DNA of 37,088 bases from an uncultured virus (IMG/VR IMGVR_UViG_2061766007_000542) (IMGVR_UViG_2061766007_000542), one strand, 5' to 3'; counted from the stretch's first letter, positions 9,518 to 23,548 are shown. Notes: a model not told the origin generated them from the sequence alone. Numbers and translations are program-made.

Positions 9518-10486
9518 ATGATTAAAACTACTAACATTGAGGCGACTTCAAACGATCATTTTTTTGAAACCCTCCTCAGAAAATCTTTCCTTGAAAACGG
9601 AGAGCCATCAACAATCTTTATGAAATTAGGAGAAGCTCCAATCTCTCAAAGAGGTTATGACTCAGTAACGTGGGCAAGATTAAACCCAATGAAAAGAACA
9701 TTAGCACAGACTACACTTACAGAAGGAGTTACACCTTCAGGAACAGATAACACTGTAAGTACAATCTCTGCTACTCCAGTAGAACTTGGAGATTTTACAA
9801 ATTTCTCTGACAAATTGACAATGGAAACATTATTTGATGTTATCCCTGCACAATGAAGAGAATTGTATAACAATGCAAAGAGAATCATCGATGAAAAAAT
9901 CCAAGATGTACTCGCATCAGATGATACAGTACCTGTAATTTATGCTGGATCTGCTACGGCAAGAGATGAATTAATATCAAGTGACACTTTGGATCTTGAT
10001 TTGATTATGAACGGTACGACTTTCTTAGCATCTCAAGGAACAACGACAGAAAGATTCAAGGTCGTAGTTCATCCAAATGTATTCTTAAACTTCGCTCAAA
10101 GTTCATCAACGAATACATGGCTCAATAAAACGATTTATGAATCTTTCAAAGGAATTGAAGATGGATACGTAACATCAATCTTAAACTTTGACATCTACCA
10201 ATCAGCAAATGTAAAACCATTCACAGTAACTGCTACAGGAGGAAACTTCAATGTTTATCCAACTTATATCTTCAGAAAAGGAGCATACGGAACAACTACG
10301 CTCGAAAACTTGAGAACAATCTACAAAGGATTTGGATCAGGAGGAACTGAAGACCCATTGGATCAAAGAGCATCAATCGGATGGAAAGCATACTTCGGAT
10401 GTGCAGTATTAAATCCTTTCTTCTTAGTAAGATTAGAAACGAGAGCCACTACAGATTATCAATGGCAAGAAACAATCGGAGACTAA
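9518..10486 (+). CDS. Major capsid protein, N4-gp56-like family (322 aa)
   Basis: LTEGVTP, VVVHPNV and GSGGTEDPLDQRASIGWKAYF motifs; a single in-frame TGA (Gly) at 9854. Confidence 0.9.
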
Positions 10487-10498
10487 GATATTTATACA

Positions 10499-10526
10499 AT
10501 GCAGGAGGGAGAAATCTCTCTTGTAT
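10499..10526 (+). terminator. Hairpin after capsid gene
   Basis: ATGCAGGAGGGA-GAAA-TCTCTCTTGTAT stem with a GNRA loop. Confidence 0.5.
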
Positions 10527-10557
10527 TAATAAATATTTTAATCCTTAAACACATACT

Positions 10558-11316
10558 ATGGGAACAGTACAAAACAGAATCGACAACCGAGCAACAGCAG
10601 AAATAAGAGGCACAGGTCAAATCAATTATAATGTAGTTCTCCAATGGTACAACAAAGGACTGCTTATTTTTCAAAAACAAGTTTTAGAATATCTCGCTAA
10701 CACTTATCAGATCACAAGCGTAACGATTGATACACAAACAGGGAAATCAGACTATGCACTCCCAACAGACATCAACATGGGAATCAGTTCAGATTTTTAT
10801 TCTATTGCTCAATTAAGAGTAGCATACAAAGAAGATAAAGACTGATACCCTATCTACAGGAGATGTGAACAAATCAACATCGCAGACTATAACATCAGAT
10901 CAACAGGAAGACAAAAAGGACAGCCTTTCATTTTTTCAAGGATCAGCAAAAGACAGCCAAAATTCTCGTTCATCTCAGAGAGAAATACCACAACAAACGA
11001 AACAGAAAGCAAAATCAGAATCTATCCAACACCAACAGAAGACATCACAGCAGGGATTCATCTCACGTTTAATTACATCCAACAACCAGTAACACTCAAC
11101 ACTAACGAAGATAAACTCCTACTCCCTCGATATTTTCTCGATGTTATCGATGATTATTTGACTTATAGATTGATAAGAGCAGAGAATCCTGAAATGGCAC
11201 AGACTCACTTTCAAATATTCAATGAAACACTTCACAATAACATCTACTGATTAAACAGAGATCAAAGACCAGTGGAGGAAGAATTCTGAAACTTCAGAAA
11301 TTTATATAGAAACTAA
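10558..11316 (+). CDS. Head-tail adaptor / tail tubular protein A-like (252 aa)
   Basis: Position after the capsid gene; DYALPTD..F and IRIYPTP motifs; L.LPWYF.DVI.DY. Confidence 0.65.
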
Positions 11317-11323
11317 GAGAGCA

Positions 11324-13012
11324 ATGGAGAGATTCACAAAAGACAGAATATCAAACGTTTCATGGAGGGATTGCTTAAGTCAAGATCCTTATTATTGATT
11401 AGAAAACAGTTTCCAATATTCAGAAAACATCAACGTAGATGATGAACTACACGGAATCAAACTCTCACAAAAAGTACTAACAGCCAATGTATGTGCTAAC
11501 TGCCAACTTATCAGTGCAGGAGATCACGTCTTCGCACTTGATAAACAAGGAACTCAAAATGTGAAATATTTCAATAAAGATAACCGAACAAGTCCAACAA
11601 CTACAAGCCGAACAGTACCATCAGGATCAGCAGTAAAAACCGTGAAAGGAACAATCTTTCAAGATTATCTCCGATTTTGATTCAATCTCACTGTCCCAAA
11701 CATCCAAGCATGAGCATTCAAAAGGGGAAGAGTTACAGGAGCAGGTAATGCAGACATCATCATCCCACAGGATCACATAGAAAGTACGGATGAAAGTATC
11801 TCAACTTACAACCAAGCATACTGAGAAAGCCATTTGATGCCGTGAAACATTACAAGTATTCTCAATTATAACAATACAAGACTCGTAGTAGGAGCAGGAA
11901 GAGAACTCCGAGTATACTATCCTGAACTTGATATGACAGGAACAACTCAAAACTGACATACAGTAGCATTTGGAGAAACAGGATGGAAGAAAGTACAACA
12001 ATTTGAGGCAGGATGTAATATCATCGCTCTTACTTGTGACTTTCAATTCTTAAGAGTACGAGTTCAAGATGAGGGATGGAATACCAAGATGTTTTATTAT
12101 CAAGGGAATAACGATTTGAGAAACACTTTCGTATACAACCTCGTAGACTTAACGAATACCAAAGTCCTCAATGTTTATCCAATCAACTGAGTGGACTACT
12201 TCACAGCATCACTTGATGGAACAGATGGATACATAACCCTAAACAAAATCACAGGGACTCAATCCGTGCAAATCTTCAAGCAAAGAGCAGGACTAAGCCA
12301 ATACGATCCATCAAATAAAAATGGATACTTCGTATGACCAACAGCAATCGATAGCTCGTACTTAGATGGAGCGTTTTATATCGCCGACTATTACGGAGTG
12401 TTCAAATTTCTCTACGATCCACAAGGAATCGATAAAGGATACTTGAAATGGAAATTCAGGAGCAACCATACATCCAACACTCAACCAACAGGACTCACAA
12501 TCTGTCAAAACTTTCTTTATGTTTCTGACCGAGAGGGAATCAAAAGGATGAGATTATATGATACAGGAGTCGATGGATACCAAAGTAAAGGAATCCTTGT
12601 ATCAAGAGAAATGGAGGGAAACTACGGATGATGTATCTGTAAAATTTTAGATGAAGTAAGATGCCACTTTGAATTCAATCACTTCACAAATAGCAGTAGT
12701 ACAGGGACAATCGATGTTTATGTATCTCCAAACAATCTCCGAGAATTATACGATCCTGAAGTAAACAGCAACGGATGGATACAAGTAATGCACATTGATA
12801 ACGATAGCAAGGGGACAAGATACGAAAAAACAAACACTCTAAACAGTTTAGATGATTGAAAACCTGCATTTGAAACAGACCGAGAAACGATAACCTACTG
12901 CGTCGTAATCAAGAGTGGAGGGACAAGCGTACAACGAACTCCAGCAGTAAGAGAAATTCAAATGACCTACCATACAAAAGGAAAAACAAACAACGTTTAT
13001 AACATAAATTAA
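11324..13012 (+). CDS. Tail nozzle / tubular protein B-like (562 aa)
   Basis: Position and size fit; beta-rich composition; N-terminal FQYSENINV. Confidence 0.6.
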
Positions 13013-13017
13013 AAAAG

Positions 13018-13788
13018 ATGTTTGATATACCAAGCCCTGATGAACTTGATCCAAATTTGAAATACGATTACAACCTCGTATGAAAACAATTCTCAAACGA
13101 GCAGATGCAATCACAATCAGCAGACACCTACGATCAATTTCTCTGACTCAGAGATACGCTCATCGATAGCAAGAAGAAATATCCGTGAAAAAGATGAGCA
13201 ACATTGATCGTAGGAGATAAAGAGAGGAGCGTAGAAATCAAATATAAAAACAGATTCAAAGCCTCTTTTGATGACTTCACAGCCTGTAATGTGGATAGTG
13301 AATGACCCTACGTATCATACGATACAACATACGGAAATCTTGGAGCAATCATCAATGAAGATTGAAGATATAGAATAGAACATAAATTCACAATCAAACC
13401 ACAGGCGAACACGGAAAGAATTATTGCTTATTGTGATTTTTTCGCAATCAACGATGACTGAACATATCCTACGAAATGACAACCAATCGCCGTGTATGAC
13501 TTGGTAGGGAAATTCTCAAAAACCTTTCAAGGATCAATCAGTGGAACTTGTCACGGAGAGGGAGGATGATCAGTAACAGGAACATGCAGTGTAAAAGTTG
13601 AATTCAAACTCTGAGATATTCTTCAGAAAATTACAGCATTATGATTCATTGAAAGAGATATGAGAAGATGAGATAAAATGGAATTCAAAGCAGTAGATGA
13701 AAACGACCAACTCCTCGAACTCATTCCAAACTCAAACTTTTTCTCAGTGCAACATTTAGATCTTAACAAAACAGAAAATGGCAACTAA
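13018..13788 (+). CDS. Putative tail/structural protein (256 aa)
   Basis: Open only with TGA=Gly; lies within the structural operon. Confidence 0.6.
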
Positions 13789-16540
13789 TCAACCAATCAA
13801 TAACATCTCACAACCACGAAACAGCCAAAATACTGCTAAATTTAACAATACTTATCAAGTAGGAGCAAACACTACGAATAACCTCTATAAACCAACCACA
13901 AAAGCACAACCAACCGTAGCAAAAACAAATACTACGAAAACAACAAACACTCCATGATTGACAAACAACATCGCTCAACCACGAGATAGCAAGAATACAG
14001 CAAAGTACAATAACACCTACCAAGTAGGAGCAAATACAACCAACAATCTCTATAAACCACGAGAACAAGGAGGAACAACAGCAACACCAAAAAAAGAAAC
14101 TGTTTCAAACACGAAAACTACTACAGGAGGACAAAGTACTCAACTCGGATACATCAATGAACTACAAAACCAAATCAAACAACTTCAAGAGGAAAACAAA
14201 AACTTAAACATCCTCTGTAAACCTGATGGGACACCACTTCCACCTGAACAGCAACCACCTGAAGTACAAAAAGAACTCAAGAAAACACCTAAAAAAGTAA
14301 ACAATCCACAGCCTCAACCACAAGTAGAACAACCACAAGAACAAGAGCCAGTGGATGAATTCGCTCCTGACTTTTATAAACAAGAACAACCACAAGAGGA
14401 AGTACAAGAAGAACAGCCACAAGAAGAAAACACCGAAAAAGAGGCAACGATCGATACAGAAAACAGAGAGGGAGTAATCTATGGAAGAGCAAGTGGGGAT
14501 GAGAGTACAAGAATAGAAACTAACAGCGACCAATACTCAGCAACTGATACATCTGTAAGAGAAAGACAAAACTCTCTCAATTCATTACTTGGTATGAGTG
14601 CAGAGAACATCGCAATCAGTATCAATAGCTGATATACTCCGTTCGGAGAACAAGGGATGAGAGATCTCCAACAATACGCACCTGAAAAATACAACTTGAT
14701 CCAACAGGAACTCAAGAAACTACAAACGATGGAAAATGTGAACTCTATCGCAAGTGGAGGAAGTATCAACATTACAAGTCAGATTCAAAACACTACCGAT
14801 ACCATCAATAACAGTATCGATGACCGAGCGAGAAGAAATTCTGATCCTCAAAGTTATGACAATACTCTAAGCAACCTAACAGAAAAACTCGCAAGTAGCC
14901 AAACGGCACAAAGTGCAACCCAAGAAATGCTCAATATTAATAAAGACATCGCAGAGATTCAGGCAAAGATGGAGAATCTACCAAACGAGGCAAAAAAGGC
15001 ATTTAAAGGAGATGTCCCTGATTATATCTACCAAGCGTACATCTCAAATAAACAGCAAGAATACCAAGCACAACTCAACAAACTCCAAAGCAGATACCAA
15101 TCAGCAAGTGATCTCTATAAAACGGAACTCGCTAATAAACAATGGGAGGCAGAGATGGAGATGAAAGAGCAACAAATGATGATCCAACAAAATCAACGAG
15201 CATTGGAACAAGAATTCAAGATGTCCCAACAAAACCGAGAGAACAACTTTAAAACAAATCAATTTAATTGGAATGTCTGACAGCAAAACCGAGAAAACAA
15301 CTTCAAAACAAATCAATTCAATCGGCAAGTAGGACAGCAAGATCGAGAGAATCAATACAAACTCAAACAATATGATCTCGATGTTAGCCAATTAAAACTC
15401 CAAAGCATGAAAACAGATAGCAGTGGTAGAGTTTTCCAAATCAATTCAGATGGAACTTACACTTATCTAAGTGATAGCACAGCAAAAGTTATCATGGATC
15501 AGCAAGTCGATGCAGGATTACAAGCATTAATGAAGAAATGTCCTCAATGAGCAACTTGATGGCAATGTGAAGCAGTAACGGATGAGTTCAATAGAAGTAC
15601 CTACGGACAAGAAATGCTCCCAAGAGATAAAGACTGAAACCCAAGTAAAAATCTTTGAAGGACATACACTACAGCAGAAGAAAAGAAATCCTATGTGAAT
15701 ACTCCCTACCTTATGAAATGAGCAACAGCAGTATTCAATTACAAGAAAAGTGATGGGGTTTCTGATGCCGCAGTAACATATGGACATACAGCCTTAATCG
15801 TTGGAATCGATGAACAAAACGGAACAGTGACCTACCTCGATGGAAACAGAAAATGAGATGAAGTAGTAAGATATAACACAATGCCAATTGAGGACTTCTA
15901 TAAAAAAACAGGACTTCAAGGATTCCGATACCCACCATACGATAAAAATCTTGATACAATCCAAACAAATGATGAAATAGCACAATCAAATTCTGTGTTA
16001 TTTGACAACTCAATGGCTTCACTTTATGGGAAATACAACAGTTGAAAAGGGCTTACAAAGGAAGACCGAAATACCGTAGACTCTGTATGAATATCAAGAA
16101 AAGAATTTATGCAACAAGCAACTAATTATAAAACACATCTTGAAGAACAAATGACACCACAAGTACAAGAGATGATCAATAATTTACAAGAAATTAAAAG
16201 CGAAATGTGAAGGATTGACTTCATCAATGCAGGAGTAGGAGAACAAGGTACACGATGAACAGAATGAGCATACCACAGAAGTCTTATCAATCAATTTATC
16301 GCAAGCAAATCCCTACAAAATCTTATTGATATGAAATCACAGGGAGCAACATTCGGAGCATTGTCTGATTCAGAATTGAATTTCATTTCAAACTCTGCAA
16401 CAAACCTCAATATGAATCTAAGTTATGGAGATTTTATGAAAGTGATTGATAAAACGTTAAATATCCTCGAAAAAGGGATAAAAACAGTAAAAACATCAAA
16501 ATGATCAGAAAATAACCAAAGAAAGAATCCACGAGCATAA
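13778..16540 (+). CDS. Internal virion/ejection protein with CHAP-like amidase domain (920 aa)
   Basis: Gln-rich coiled coils; GWQCEAVTD (about 15555) and YGHTALIVGID (about 15780) supply the Cys/His pair. Confidence 0.7.
13802..14058 (+). repeat. Duplicated ~31-aa unit NNI(S/A)QPW(N/D)S(Q/K)NTAK(F/Y)NNTYQVGANTTNNLYKP
   Basis: Two copies 162 nt apart. Confidence 0.85.
15227..15360 (+). repeat. 54-nt tandem coding repeat (QQNWENNFKTNQFNW.VG) x2.5
   Basis: TGG(15269) aligns with CGG(15323), and TGA(15278) aligns with GGA(15332). Confidence 0.9.
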
Positions 16541-16562
16541 TTTATTATTTAATAAAACATTA

Positions 16563-19500
16563 ATGGTCAACATTTTATTAAACCAATCAGAAGAAGAAAA
16601 CAAACCATATTCTCCTTCAACAAACATCCTAAATACTCAGAGTTCAACTCTTTCTCAAACGAGCAAAGAAGAACAGAATAAGTTTCTGAATAGTCTTGAT
16701 GACTCACAATATCAGAAAATGGTAGACTATCACAAACAAGGATACTCCTTCGATCAAGCAAAAAATATGCTTGATTCTGACAAAAAAGAACAGCAAAAGT
16801 ACCTTGATAGTTTGGATGATGTACAATACAATAAAATGTTAGATTATTACAATCAAGGATACAGTTTTGAAGATGCACAAAATATGCTCATCAATGGAAC
16901 AAGTACAACCTGAAAAGCATTAAAAGGGAAAACAGTGTGAGGAGGTAGAAGATGACTTATAAATCCAACAGAAACAGGACAAGCACGATACAATATCACA
17001 AAACAGGATAGTAGTACTGCTTGAGATGTACTTGACTATGCAAACATCCCATGAGCGTTCACAGAAATGTTAGATAACCAAGTACAAAAAATCCCTAATT
17101 TTAACATCCAAGACAGAAGGACAGAATTACAAAAGCAAGTAGATAACCTCTCAAAAGAACAAAAAGCAGACTATAAAAAAGAGCGAGAATCGTTTGATCC
17201 TGCAACACAGAGTTATTTCTGATCTTTGAATAAGTATATGCTTTCGCAAGAGGCGTGAGTCCTTGATAGTATCTTTGAAACTTGGAGAGAGGATGAAGAA
17301 AACAAGGATGATTTCAATATCAAAAATACTATCTGAAACATACCGTGATCCTTAATAAAAACAGCAAGTGCAATCACAAGAGCAGTAACAAATCCTGCTG
17401 ACACGTTAGAATGAATAGGAGCGTTATGATGAGATGTTATTGATAACGGTCGAAATTCAATGCTCGCACAAGAATATGCAACCACAGAATGATGGAAGAA
17501 TTCACTCCAAAATGATCCTGTGGGTAGAGTTTCTGATGTGGTCGGTGCTATCGCTTGATGAGTCTGAATTGCTAAATGAATTGTAAGTGGTGCAGTAAGG
17601 GGATGAGCAAAATTATGAGCAGATGCAAGTAAACTCGCAAGGTTATCAAAAACAGCCTGAAAGTTATGAAGAGCTCAAAATGTTCTTGATAACATTTCTG
17701 ACCTTTGAATCACTAATCTCTACAAAGGAGAATGATGACTCCTTGATAAAGTAACAGGTAAACTCGCACAGTGAAATAAACTATCAAGAACTGCAGGATC
17801 AGTTTTAGAATTATCACAAAGACCACTAAAAACAATATGGAAATGAACTTCAAAATACGAACTCAAAGATAAAGATGGAAACGCTATAGAGCAACAATCC
17901 ATCAAATGAGTACATAATCTCGTAGAAAAAGCAATCGAACACGGTAAAGAAAAATATAAAGATTTCGCATCATGACTCACAGCAGAGAAAAGACAAAGAA
18001 TACAACAAAATCCTTATATCAAACCACTACGAGATGAAACTGTAAAAAAACTTGAATCAGAATGAGCGTCTTTCAATGATCAAGTCGTAGTAGAAAAGAT
18101 GTTTCAAGATTTATGAGATGAACTCGTCAAAAGAATAGATAAATACGAACAACAACTCTCAGATACAGGAGAATGATACGAGGCTTTGAAAAGCAACCCT
18201 GCAACTTTTAATCTCTCAAAAGCAGTAGCAGACATCAGACAGTTATTATTTGAGGAATGAATCAAAACCAACTCAAAATGAAAACTTGAATCATCAAAAT
18301 ACCATACTCCTGAAGAACTAAACGCATTGAATTTGGTGTGGGATTTCATCCAAAAAGCAAGACTCCACAACACAAACTTCAGAAATTATCACGATTTGAG
18401 GAGAGGGATCGATAAACTCGCAAAATATGACAAAGGAGGATCAGCACAAAACGTAAAATTGATCCAAAAGGTAAGAAGTATGATCGATAACGAGGCAAAA
18501 AAACAAATCCCATGATTAAAAGAAATTGATGATACTTATTCAAAGGAAATCAGAGAACTCAATAAGATAAAAGAGGGACTTGTATACAGACAAGGAGATA
18601 GAAAAGGGACTTATAGGGATAACTTTATGTCAATTCTAAAAAATCTCTGATGACAAAACAGACAAATGATGAAATGAAGATTAGAAGAAAGGATCTTCCC
18701 TTGAATTTGAGAACAAGTAGAGGCAATTAATATGATCCCTGAACTTGTGAAGTCTTATCAATGAAGTCCTGCATTGATGAAAGTTTTTTGAAAAATTATC
18801 TGAGCAGGAGGAGGATTCTGAACAAGTTTTATTAGATGAGCATTAAGTTTTTTATTATGAAGTCTCGCAGATGAACTCATCATCAGACCTCTCTGAGAGA
18901 AAATGAGAAAAAAAGTCATTGATAATTTAATGAAAGAGATGACTCCTGAGGCACAACAAAAACTCGCTGACATCGAATCTAAAAGACAAGCAGGAATAGA
19001 ACTCACAGAAGAAGATAAGAGAGTATTAGAAATGGGATTGAATAAAATCGCACAAGCTGTAAAACTTGAAACAGAAATCCAACCAAAAATAGATAAAGAA
19101 GTTGAGAAAAAGAAAAAAATAGATGAAGAAGAAAACAAAAAGAAAGCTGAAGAAACATGGAAGAAACAAGAGGAAGAACAAAAGAAAGTTCAGGAGGAGA
19201 TGGATAGTTTCCTCAATGATAGAGAAAAAGAACTTGAAACCATCAAGAATGAAGAAGTAGACTACTCTCAACTTAGTGATGAAACACTCAATAGACTCCG
19301 AGAAGATGATACGATCCCACAAGCTGAAAAAGATAAAATCGAGAACATTCTCATGGATAGAGTACAAAACGAAATCACAAGAGAGGCTCAAAAAGGACAA
19401 GCAAAAACAACAGCATTCACAAAAACCGATGCTGAATTCATAAGGAGAGCTCATCAATTACAAGAGATGGAGCAAAACATCGGTAAGGTAGGTAAGAACA

Positions 19501-22500
19501 AAGTAGGAGCAGAAACAAAAGAAAAACAAAGAAAACATCGAGAAGACCAAAGGGACAAATTGATCCAAGAAATCAAAGAGGCATACAAACTCGATCAATA
19601 CGAGGCACACGATAAATACGACCAATTCGTAAACGCAGGAATCGATGAAGAATACCTCACAAAGAGAGGAGGAAGACAAACAGCAGATAAAAAAGCAGAG
19701 AAAGAGATCATCGATAAACTCAACATGAAAAGAGAGCAATGGAACAAACAACCTGCATTTTTAAAAGGATTCTCACAAAAGGCACTCGATACAAGAGAAT
19801 ACTATCACACACTCCTTGATGGATACGAAATCCAAGCCGTAGACAAAGGAGATAGAATCGTAAAGAACGGAGAAACGGTAGGGAACATCACATACAAGCA
19901 AGATGGAACAATCGACTCTGTAATTGTAAAAGACCTTTGAAACTTCATTAAACAGAAAAAACTTCTCCAAGATCTCCCAGCAGATACTCAGATAAGAGTA
20001 GCAACAGATAAAAACAGTATCTCAGCAAAAGACCTCAGAGAGATAGAGTGAATCCAAGAGCCAAAGTATCAAATAGCATATCACGGATGACCTAATTCAT
20101 TTGATAGATTTGATCTTTCGCATTTATGAGAATGAGAGGGAGCACAGGCACACGGATACGGACACTATGTAGCACTTTCTGAAGATGTAGCAAGAGGATA
20201 TGCAGAGAAATGAAAAACGAGTAGAAACTTCTATGAAATCGACATCCCTGATGAAGTAAAGAAGAATACTCCTACTGGTACGAATTACCTTGATGAACAA
20301 AAGACTTATTCAGAAAAAAAATATGAGAAAATTTTTGAAAAATTAGAAGATAAACTATCTGAAAAACAAAAAACAGATATAGAAGAATACATTGATATGT
20401 ATAGAAATTCAAAATGATTGACTTGAGAACATATTTATAATATTCTCACAAAAACTTTATGAGATAAAAAGAAAGCATCAGAATTCTTAAACTCTCTTTG
20501 ATATGATGGGATAAAATATAAAGACCGGAATGACTGACATTGTGCAGTACTCTTTACTGATGAGGCGATGCAAATTGTAAATCATGAGAAATACCAAATA
20601 GCAGATCAGACAAAAACTCCTGAATTTAAGAAACGATTTGAAGGAAGTAAAGTAGTTGATGAAAATGGTAATCCTTTAGTTGTTTATCATGGTACTAATG
20701 CAAAATTTAACACCTTTGATGGAATAAAAACAGAACCTTGATACCGATTTACAGAAGATTTTGATTATGCTAAAGAACATTGAGACAATGTTAAAAGTGT
20801 CTATCTCAATATCAAAAATGTAGCAGATTTAGATACAATGCGAGAACTCTGAAAAGAAAAATTTGGAGACAATGTTGGAGAAAAGCAATTATTAAGTAAT
20901 GAATTTAAAGATTATCTCATCGAAAAGTGATATGATGGTATGGTATGGGATCATGATGGTAAAAATACTTATATTGCATTTAATCCAAACCAAATAAAGA
21001 GTGCAACAGACAATATCTGAACATTTGATCCAAATAATCCAGATATAAGATACCAAAAATTCTGAGTAGCAAAACAAGGAGAAAGGGGGATCACAGCTCA
21101 AGAAGGACTTGGGATGAAGAACTTTAAAAATGGAAGAAGTGTAGAGGAAATTGCAAAACACTATGGGATTGAAACGAAAATCGTGGATCAAATCCTTACT
21201 CCAAACGGAGATAAAGCATTGTGAAGTTATGGAGATGGACTTATCAAACTTGCAAAGGATCTCAAAGAGAGTACTGTACCTCATGAACTATGACACGCTG
21301 TATTTGATCTTGTAGATCAAAAAACAAAAGAAAAACTTCTTAATGTTGTAAAGAAAAAACTTGAAAGAGAGTGAAAAATGGAAGGGATAAAAGACAAAAA
21401 TCTCAATGCAGAAGAACGAATGATGGATGCTTTCTCTGAATACTTCAGAACAGGGGAATTTGAAGAAAGAGGTCGACCAACAGGGATCAAAAACAAAATC
21501 GTGGGATTCTTCCAAAGAGTGAAAGACTTTATCACATGAGTATACAAGGAGAGAAAACAGATTAAGAAACTTTTTGATGATATTCTTGAAGAAAAAATCA
21601 AAGTAGAAAAGAGTACAAGTCAGACTCAATATCAAAGTGCAGGAGATATTTATAGTAAAAACTTTAAGAATCGATTCTGAGATTGGGAGAAAGATCCAGA
21701 AAATGCGAGTAAAGTAGTAGATGAGAATGGGAATCCACAAATAATGTATCATGGAAGTAATGCTTGAGATTTTACGATTTTTGACCTTGATTATGCAAGA
21801 AAACAAAGTGATATACAGGCTTTTTTCTTCTCATCTTATAAAGATGAATCTCTTTGATATTGAAAAGTTAGGGACTTCTATCTTGATATTAAAAATCCAG
21901 CAGATTTTGATACGACTTATTGAATATTTAATAAATATAAATGACAAACAGACGGCTGAGTGAAAGCAAGAGAAGAATTGCAAAAACTTTGATATGATTG
22001 AATTGATAAATGAGAATGAGAACGAGTTGTATTTTCTCCAAATCAAATAAAATCTGCAACAGATAACAATGGAAACTTTAGTAAAACCGATGATGATATC
22101 AGACATCAAATAGCTTATAATGATTCAAAAGAAGATGCTCATAAAACGAACATCAAAAGTAACGAGAAATTCCAATTATGAGATTGAAAACCTATGTCAT
22201 CAGAAGAAAAACAAGAAAAAGTTGATTCAATAAAAAAGAGAGAGCAGATGATGGATAGTTGAAAACTCTCAAGGAATAAAACCTTTAAAACACTTTTGAA
22301 AAATAACTATGTTTCAAAGGAAATAAGAGAAAAGACTTGAGATGAAAGTTATAAACAAGAAACGGATAAACGTAAAGATCAATTCGCATTGGAAGAAATG
22401 AATTTGAAATGACCACAAGTAATAAAACGAGATAATCGTACTGTTGATAACTATTGAAATAAGAAAAAGCCTTGACCTTATCTTGAATATCATTGAATTA

Positions 22501-22574
22501 TGTGATTTCACGTTTGATACCCTGTATGGAATCAAGCACAAAAGATAAGAAAACAAATGGATGAAAAAACATAA
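16563..22574 (+). CDS. Large polyvalent virion protein (2003 aa): three ART-PolyVal-like modules and a zincin HExxH peptidase
   Basis: AYHGG..FDRFD..GEGAQAHGYGHY; TPEFKKWFEGSKVVDENGNPLVVYHGT; PHELGHA; FKNWFGDW..SKVVDENGNPQIMYHGS; NQIKSATDN.G.F; N-terminal 39-aa duplication. Confidence 0.85.
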
Positions 22575-22642
22575 ATAAAAAAAAGTGGGACAGCTTATCC
22601 CACCAATACATCGCATTTTGAATAGATGCACCTAACTATTGA
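22575..22642 (-). ncRNA. Putative ~65-nt small RNA (two hairpins, intrinsic terminator)
   Basis: Lies downstream of the minus-strand promoter copy; ends in GTGGGA-TAAGCTG-TCCCAC followed by T8. Confidence 0.55.
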
Positions 22643-22643
22643 C

Positions 22644-22678
22644 CTATAATATAATCAAAAAAAACAGAAAATCAAGAG
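22644..22678 (-). promoter_or_regulatory. Sigma70-type promoter (copy 2 of 3, antisense)
   Basis: The reverse complement reads CTCTTGATTTTCTGTTTTTTTTGATTATATTATAG. Confidence 0.7.
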
Positions 22679-22741
22679 ATTTTTGTAATGCACAGTATCA
22701 ATACTCTATTATACAAATTATAAACTGAGAAAACGAAGAAT

Positions 22742-22770
22742 AACAAGAGGCGTAAACCTCTTGTTTTTTT
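22742..22770 (+). terminator. Intrinsic terminator
   Basis: AACAAGAGG-CGTAAA-CCTCTTGTT followed by a T tract. Confidence 0.75.
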
Positions 22771-22779
22771 AAAAAATAC

Positions 22780-22803
22780 CAAAATATCCAAAAAAAGAAT
22801 ATA
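22780..22803 (+). promoter_or_regulatory. Putative late promoter motif
   Basis: CAAAATATCCAAAAAAAGAATATA, nearly identical to 8891-8914. Confidence 0.5.
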
Positions 22804-22836
22804 CACAGATAATCATTTATATCCTCTGAAAACAGC

Positions 22837-23547
22837 ATGAAAGTAAAAACCATCTATCTTGATCTTCAAGAGGCAAAAAAGACAAAAAAAATCTGAAAAG
22901 ATGTTCGGACATTAGAATCGGAGAGTTTCAAACAACCAGTAAAAATGGAACTCTGCTACGATGAAGAAGAAAAGGCATACTTCTCACAGAAAAAAACAGA
23001 ATGTGAAGAAATTTTACATCAAGCTGAAGAAATACTTGGAGCAATAAAAAAAGAGCGTGAAATTTTCAATCAATACAAACTAACAACGGAAATCGAGATC
23101 AACGAAAAGGACAAAAAAATATTACAACTCCAACAAGAGAAAGATGCACTGCTTGATAAATTGATCGCATTCAAAGGAGAACTCAAACTCTATGGAGAGA
23201 ACGTAAAACAGCACAAAGAAAAACTCGAAGAAATAGAAACAGACATCAAGAGCCTTTATAAAAACATCAAGAAAGAGCCAAAACTGATTCAGGGAACTCA
23301 ATTCTTCTCAGGGGTAGGGGAGAGTTATCTCGAGCCAATCAAAATCAAGGATTGAAAATATACGCTCATCTTCATAGGAAACATCAAAGAAAAAAACGAG
23401 TACTGCGCAAATAAAAACTTCTTCATCACAAATGACATCAGAGTCAAAGGAGGGGAGCGATTACAACCTTTCAATGTAAAGGCAACAACAGAACTCGATA
23501 CACCAACCGTAACGGTCAATTATACTTTACTCTTTCTCCCACACTAA
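22837..23547 (+). CDS. Coiled-coil protein with C-terminal beta domain (236 aa)
   Basis: Track ORF 22945-23355 extended in both directions with TGA=Gly. Confidence 0.7.
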
Positions 23548-23548
23548 G

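Noticed and set aside
4663..22574. Pseudogenised (cryptic) prophage because of many TGA stops
   Set aside because: TGAs fall at conserved Gly positions and frames stay open for kilobases without TAA/TAG.
13778..22574. Tape-measure protein / siphovirus tail
   Set aside because: No tail tube, chaperone or baseplate genes are recognisable. The order adaptor, nozzle, large internal proteins fits a podovirus.
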